A DNA stretch of 64,000 nucleotides from Microbotryum violaceum (lineage: Eukaryota). The notes beneath the pieces are model-generated. The model saw only the letters and a list, made by a program, of their open reading frames with translations, searched no databases and was not told the DNA's origin. Within the stretch, counting starts at the first letter, position 1, and each line of letters opens with the position of its first letter. The position numbers were made by a program, and so were the translations under genes. Location: contig CDLV01000011.1 of assembly GCA_001244265.2 (NCBI GenBank), forward strand, positions 372,001 to 436,000, written 5' to 3'. This document shows, one piece after another, positions 61,304-64,000 of this stretch.

Positions 61304-63857
61304 ATGGCTGCAGCTAGGGCGAACGCGAATGCTTCGGCGTCCGCTTCAGCACCGGCAGAATCGTTCCCGAATCCAAAGTAAGCCGATCTGCCATGCGATG
61401 ACACGCGTCGTCACGTCTGGGCCGAGGGTGAAGGCGGGCGGGGACGCGTCGCTCCGCCTGCACCGCACTCCTGAACAGCCCATTGCCAAGTCCCCTTTCC
61501 CGTGCTCGAACTGACCATGCATTTATCCCTCCTCAATCACAGTGTCCAAAACAACCCGCACATCTAGTGAGTCTCTTCCCGTCTCTCCCGCTTGGCCACA
61601 CGTGCCCCGTTCTCGCATGACCGATTGCCAAGACTGACCCTCCCACGTTCCCTTCCTGCTTCACAGCCTCGCCGTCTATTCCTCCGTCCCCGTCTACGAG
61701 ATGATGGTTCGAGGCATCGGGGTCATGCGCCGACGCGCCGACAGCTACCTCAACGCGACTCAGATCCTCAAGGTAGCTGGTGTGCCCAAGGGGAACCGGA
61801 CAAAGATTCTCGAAAAGGACATTGCACTCGGCGTACATGAAAAGGTGCAGGGGGGCTATGGAAGGTATCAAGGGACTTGGTGAGACTTCATACTTTAATC
61901 CACGCTGGCCGCGATGGCCCATGAACTAGCTGGACTGACACGTCTTACCACCACTTCCCCGCTTGGTATCGGACTCCGATTCATTTCCTCACCTCCCAGG
62001 ATCCCATACCATCGAGCGCGAGAACTGTCGGACGAGCATGGCGTCACGCATCTACTCGTGCCTCTTTTCGACTATGTTCCCCCACCAGGCTACGACTCTC
62101 TCGGCGCTGCTGGCCCCAGTGCATCGAGCGCCTCCGCCCCTGTTCACCGTCAAACCGCCAATGTCGCTGCCGCGGCCCAATCCTCACCAGGAGCATTCTC
62201 TTCCCCCGTCTCGCGTCGCCCGCAAGAGACGATGTCTGAAACATCCGAGTCGGCCCCTCCTTCGACCCGCAAGCATGCCTCGGCGCGTGCCTCCATCGTC
62301 TCGGATGAGAATAAGCGACCGAGGCGGGAAGCGGCTGCCTCGACGAGCCAAGCGAACGGCCATGCCCCTCGCCCCGTCGACGTCTTTGCCAACAACCCCG
62401 AAGAGCAATGGAAGTTGCGCTCTTCGTCAGCGCCCCTGTCGAACCAGGCTCTGGCCGAGGATCCGAGTCGGACCGATCGTAACCGCTCGACGCTCAAATC
62501 CATCTTTGCCATGGAACCCGAAAACAGCCTCGTCGTTCCCAACTTAGCGTCGAGGTTCCCGGCCGACGTCGACCCCGACACGCCGATCGACGAGAACATG
62601 CACACCGCACTGCATTGGGCTGCTGCCTTGGCCCGCATCACGATCGCCAAAGCGCTCGTCAACTTTGGTGCCGACGTCTTCCGGGGGAACAACGTTGGTG
62701 AGACGGCGTTGATTCGAGCGGTGCTGGTAACCAACAATTGCGACCAAGATACCTTCCCGGCTCTTCTTGAAGTGCTCGGTCCCAGTCTTCGAACAATCGA
62801 CAAGTCCGGTCGAACGGTGATGCACCACGCTGCTCTCGTTGCTGGCGTCAAGGGTCGAGCCAGTTCAGCTCGCTATTACCTAGAGAGCGTGCTCGAGTAC
62901 GTCGCGCGCGTCGAAGGCGGTCGATTCCAGGACCTCGTCGATGCCCAAGACAACCACGGGGACACAGCGCTCAACATCGCTGCTCGTATCGGTAATCGGT
63001 CTTTGGTACGAGCCTTGATTGACGTTGGAGCAGACAAGCGCAAGGCCAACAACCTCGGTCTTCGACCAGGGGACTTTGGCCTCGATGGTGTCGGACTCGA
63101 AGCAACAGAAGGAGAACTCGCTATTGAGTCCCTACGGTCCACGCCTTCGACGAACAAGAACGCCGGTTTGAGTGCGCCTACGCACGCTTCGAACGAGGTG
63201 TTGCAGAACTTGACGACAATGATCAAGTCGCTCGAAGCGGACTTCAAAGCCGAATTGGGAAGCAAGGCCGAAGATTTCCAAGCGACGCAAACCCATCTTC
63301 ATTCGGTCACGAAAGAACTACAAGCCCAACGCCGCGAGTTGGATCAATGGCAACAGAAGGCCGCTGCGCTCGATGCGCAACATGCGCGAATCAGGAACCT
63401 CAAACGAGCGATTCACGAAGAGGACCATTTCGACTGGACGGGAAGGACCGAGATCGATGGATCGCCCGCGATCGTTGCTGCTGGCCCTAGTTTCACCTAC
63501 CGAGGTCCAATGAGCGTCCAACTGCCCAACAGCAGCAACGTAGAGTTCGATGCCGATCCTAAACTACCCGCACCTGGATCCGAACGAGAATTGATCCACC
63601 TGATCCGTTTGCAAGGTTGGTACGAACGCGTGTTGGGATTACTCGATAATCGTCTCAGTCGACTTGAAGGTGGGGAGATCGAATTGGAGAACGAGTTGCA
63701 ACGCATCGTCGCGAAGGTTTGTGGTGTTGACGTGGACAAGGTCGATACGATGTTTGAGACGTTGTTCGCGGCGTTGGAGTCGGATGGGTCGACGATGAAT
63801 CAGGCGAGGATTGCGGGTTTTTTGTCTAAGGTCAAGGATGGCTCGTTCGTTCAGTAA
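61304..63857 (+). CDS. MBF/SBF cell-cycle transcription factor (APSES/KilA-N plus ankyrin repeats; Mbp1/Swi4/Res-like)
   Basis: [46 protein letters not shown]; ankyrins [30 protein letters not shown]-terminal coiled coil. Confidence 0.95.
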
Positions 63858-64000
63858 AATAGGAGCGGGATAAATGGGTGTGCTTGTGTTTAGAGAACGC
63901 GGGGGTGTTTCAGTCGAGTACCCATTTTCTTCTTTTGTTCTTGTCTCCTTTCCTTGGTGTCGACGTGGTTTTAAAGGGAGGCTCTTCCTGAATCCTGCCC

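Noticed and set aside
62150-63739. Minus-strand ORFs over the APSES/ankyrin gene
   Set aside because: Antisense shadows of the long coding exon

Overview
Eukaryotic, intron-rich fungal DNA. The short GT-AG introns with CTRAC branch sites, many micro-exons and CpG/TCG-rich coding sequence suggest a basidiomycete, possibly Pucciniomycotina (inference only). I reconstructed about 23-24 spliced protein-coding genes by hand; the ORF track shows only exon fragments and antisense shadows. In order: VPS10 (5'-partial), a single-TM protein, mitochondrial rhomboid, PDH/BCKD kinase, an Ala/Glu/Pro-rich protein, a membrane alpha/beta-hydrolase-like protein, an orphan gene, PhoD phosphatase, SNU71/RBM25, a giant Mim1-domain protein head-to-head with PAM18, carboxypeptidase Y, a TXNDC17-like thioredoxin, SDH1, PP2A catalytic subunit, an F-box-like protein, a hypothetical protein, a Zn2Cys6 TF, a soluble cytochrome b5 ending in PTS1, a GH5 mannanase, GUA1, a WD40 protein and an MBF/SBF APSES-ankyrin TF. 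I saw no rRNA, tRNA, CRISPR array or intact transposon. The most striking item is a predicted 962-aa protein joining a perilipin/LEA-like 11-mer repeat array to a C-terminal Mim1 outer-membrane domain, a candidate lipid droplet-mitochondrion tether. All gene models are manual and unverified.
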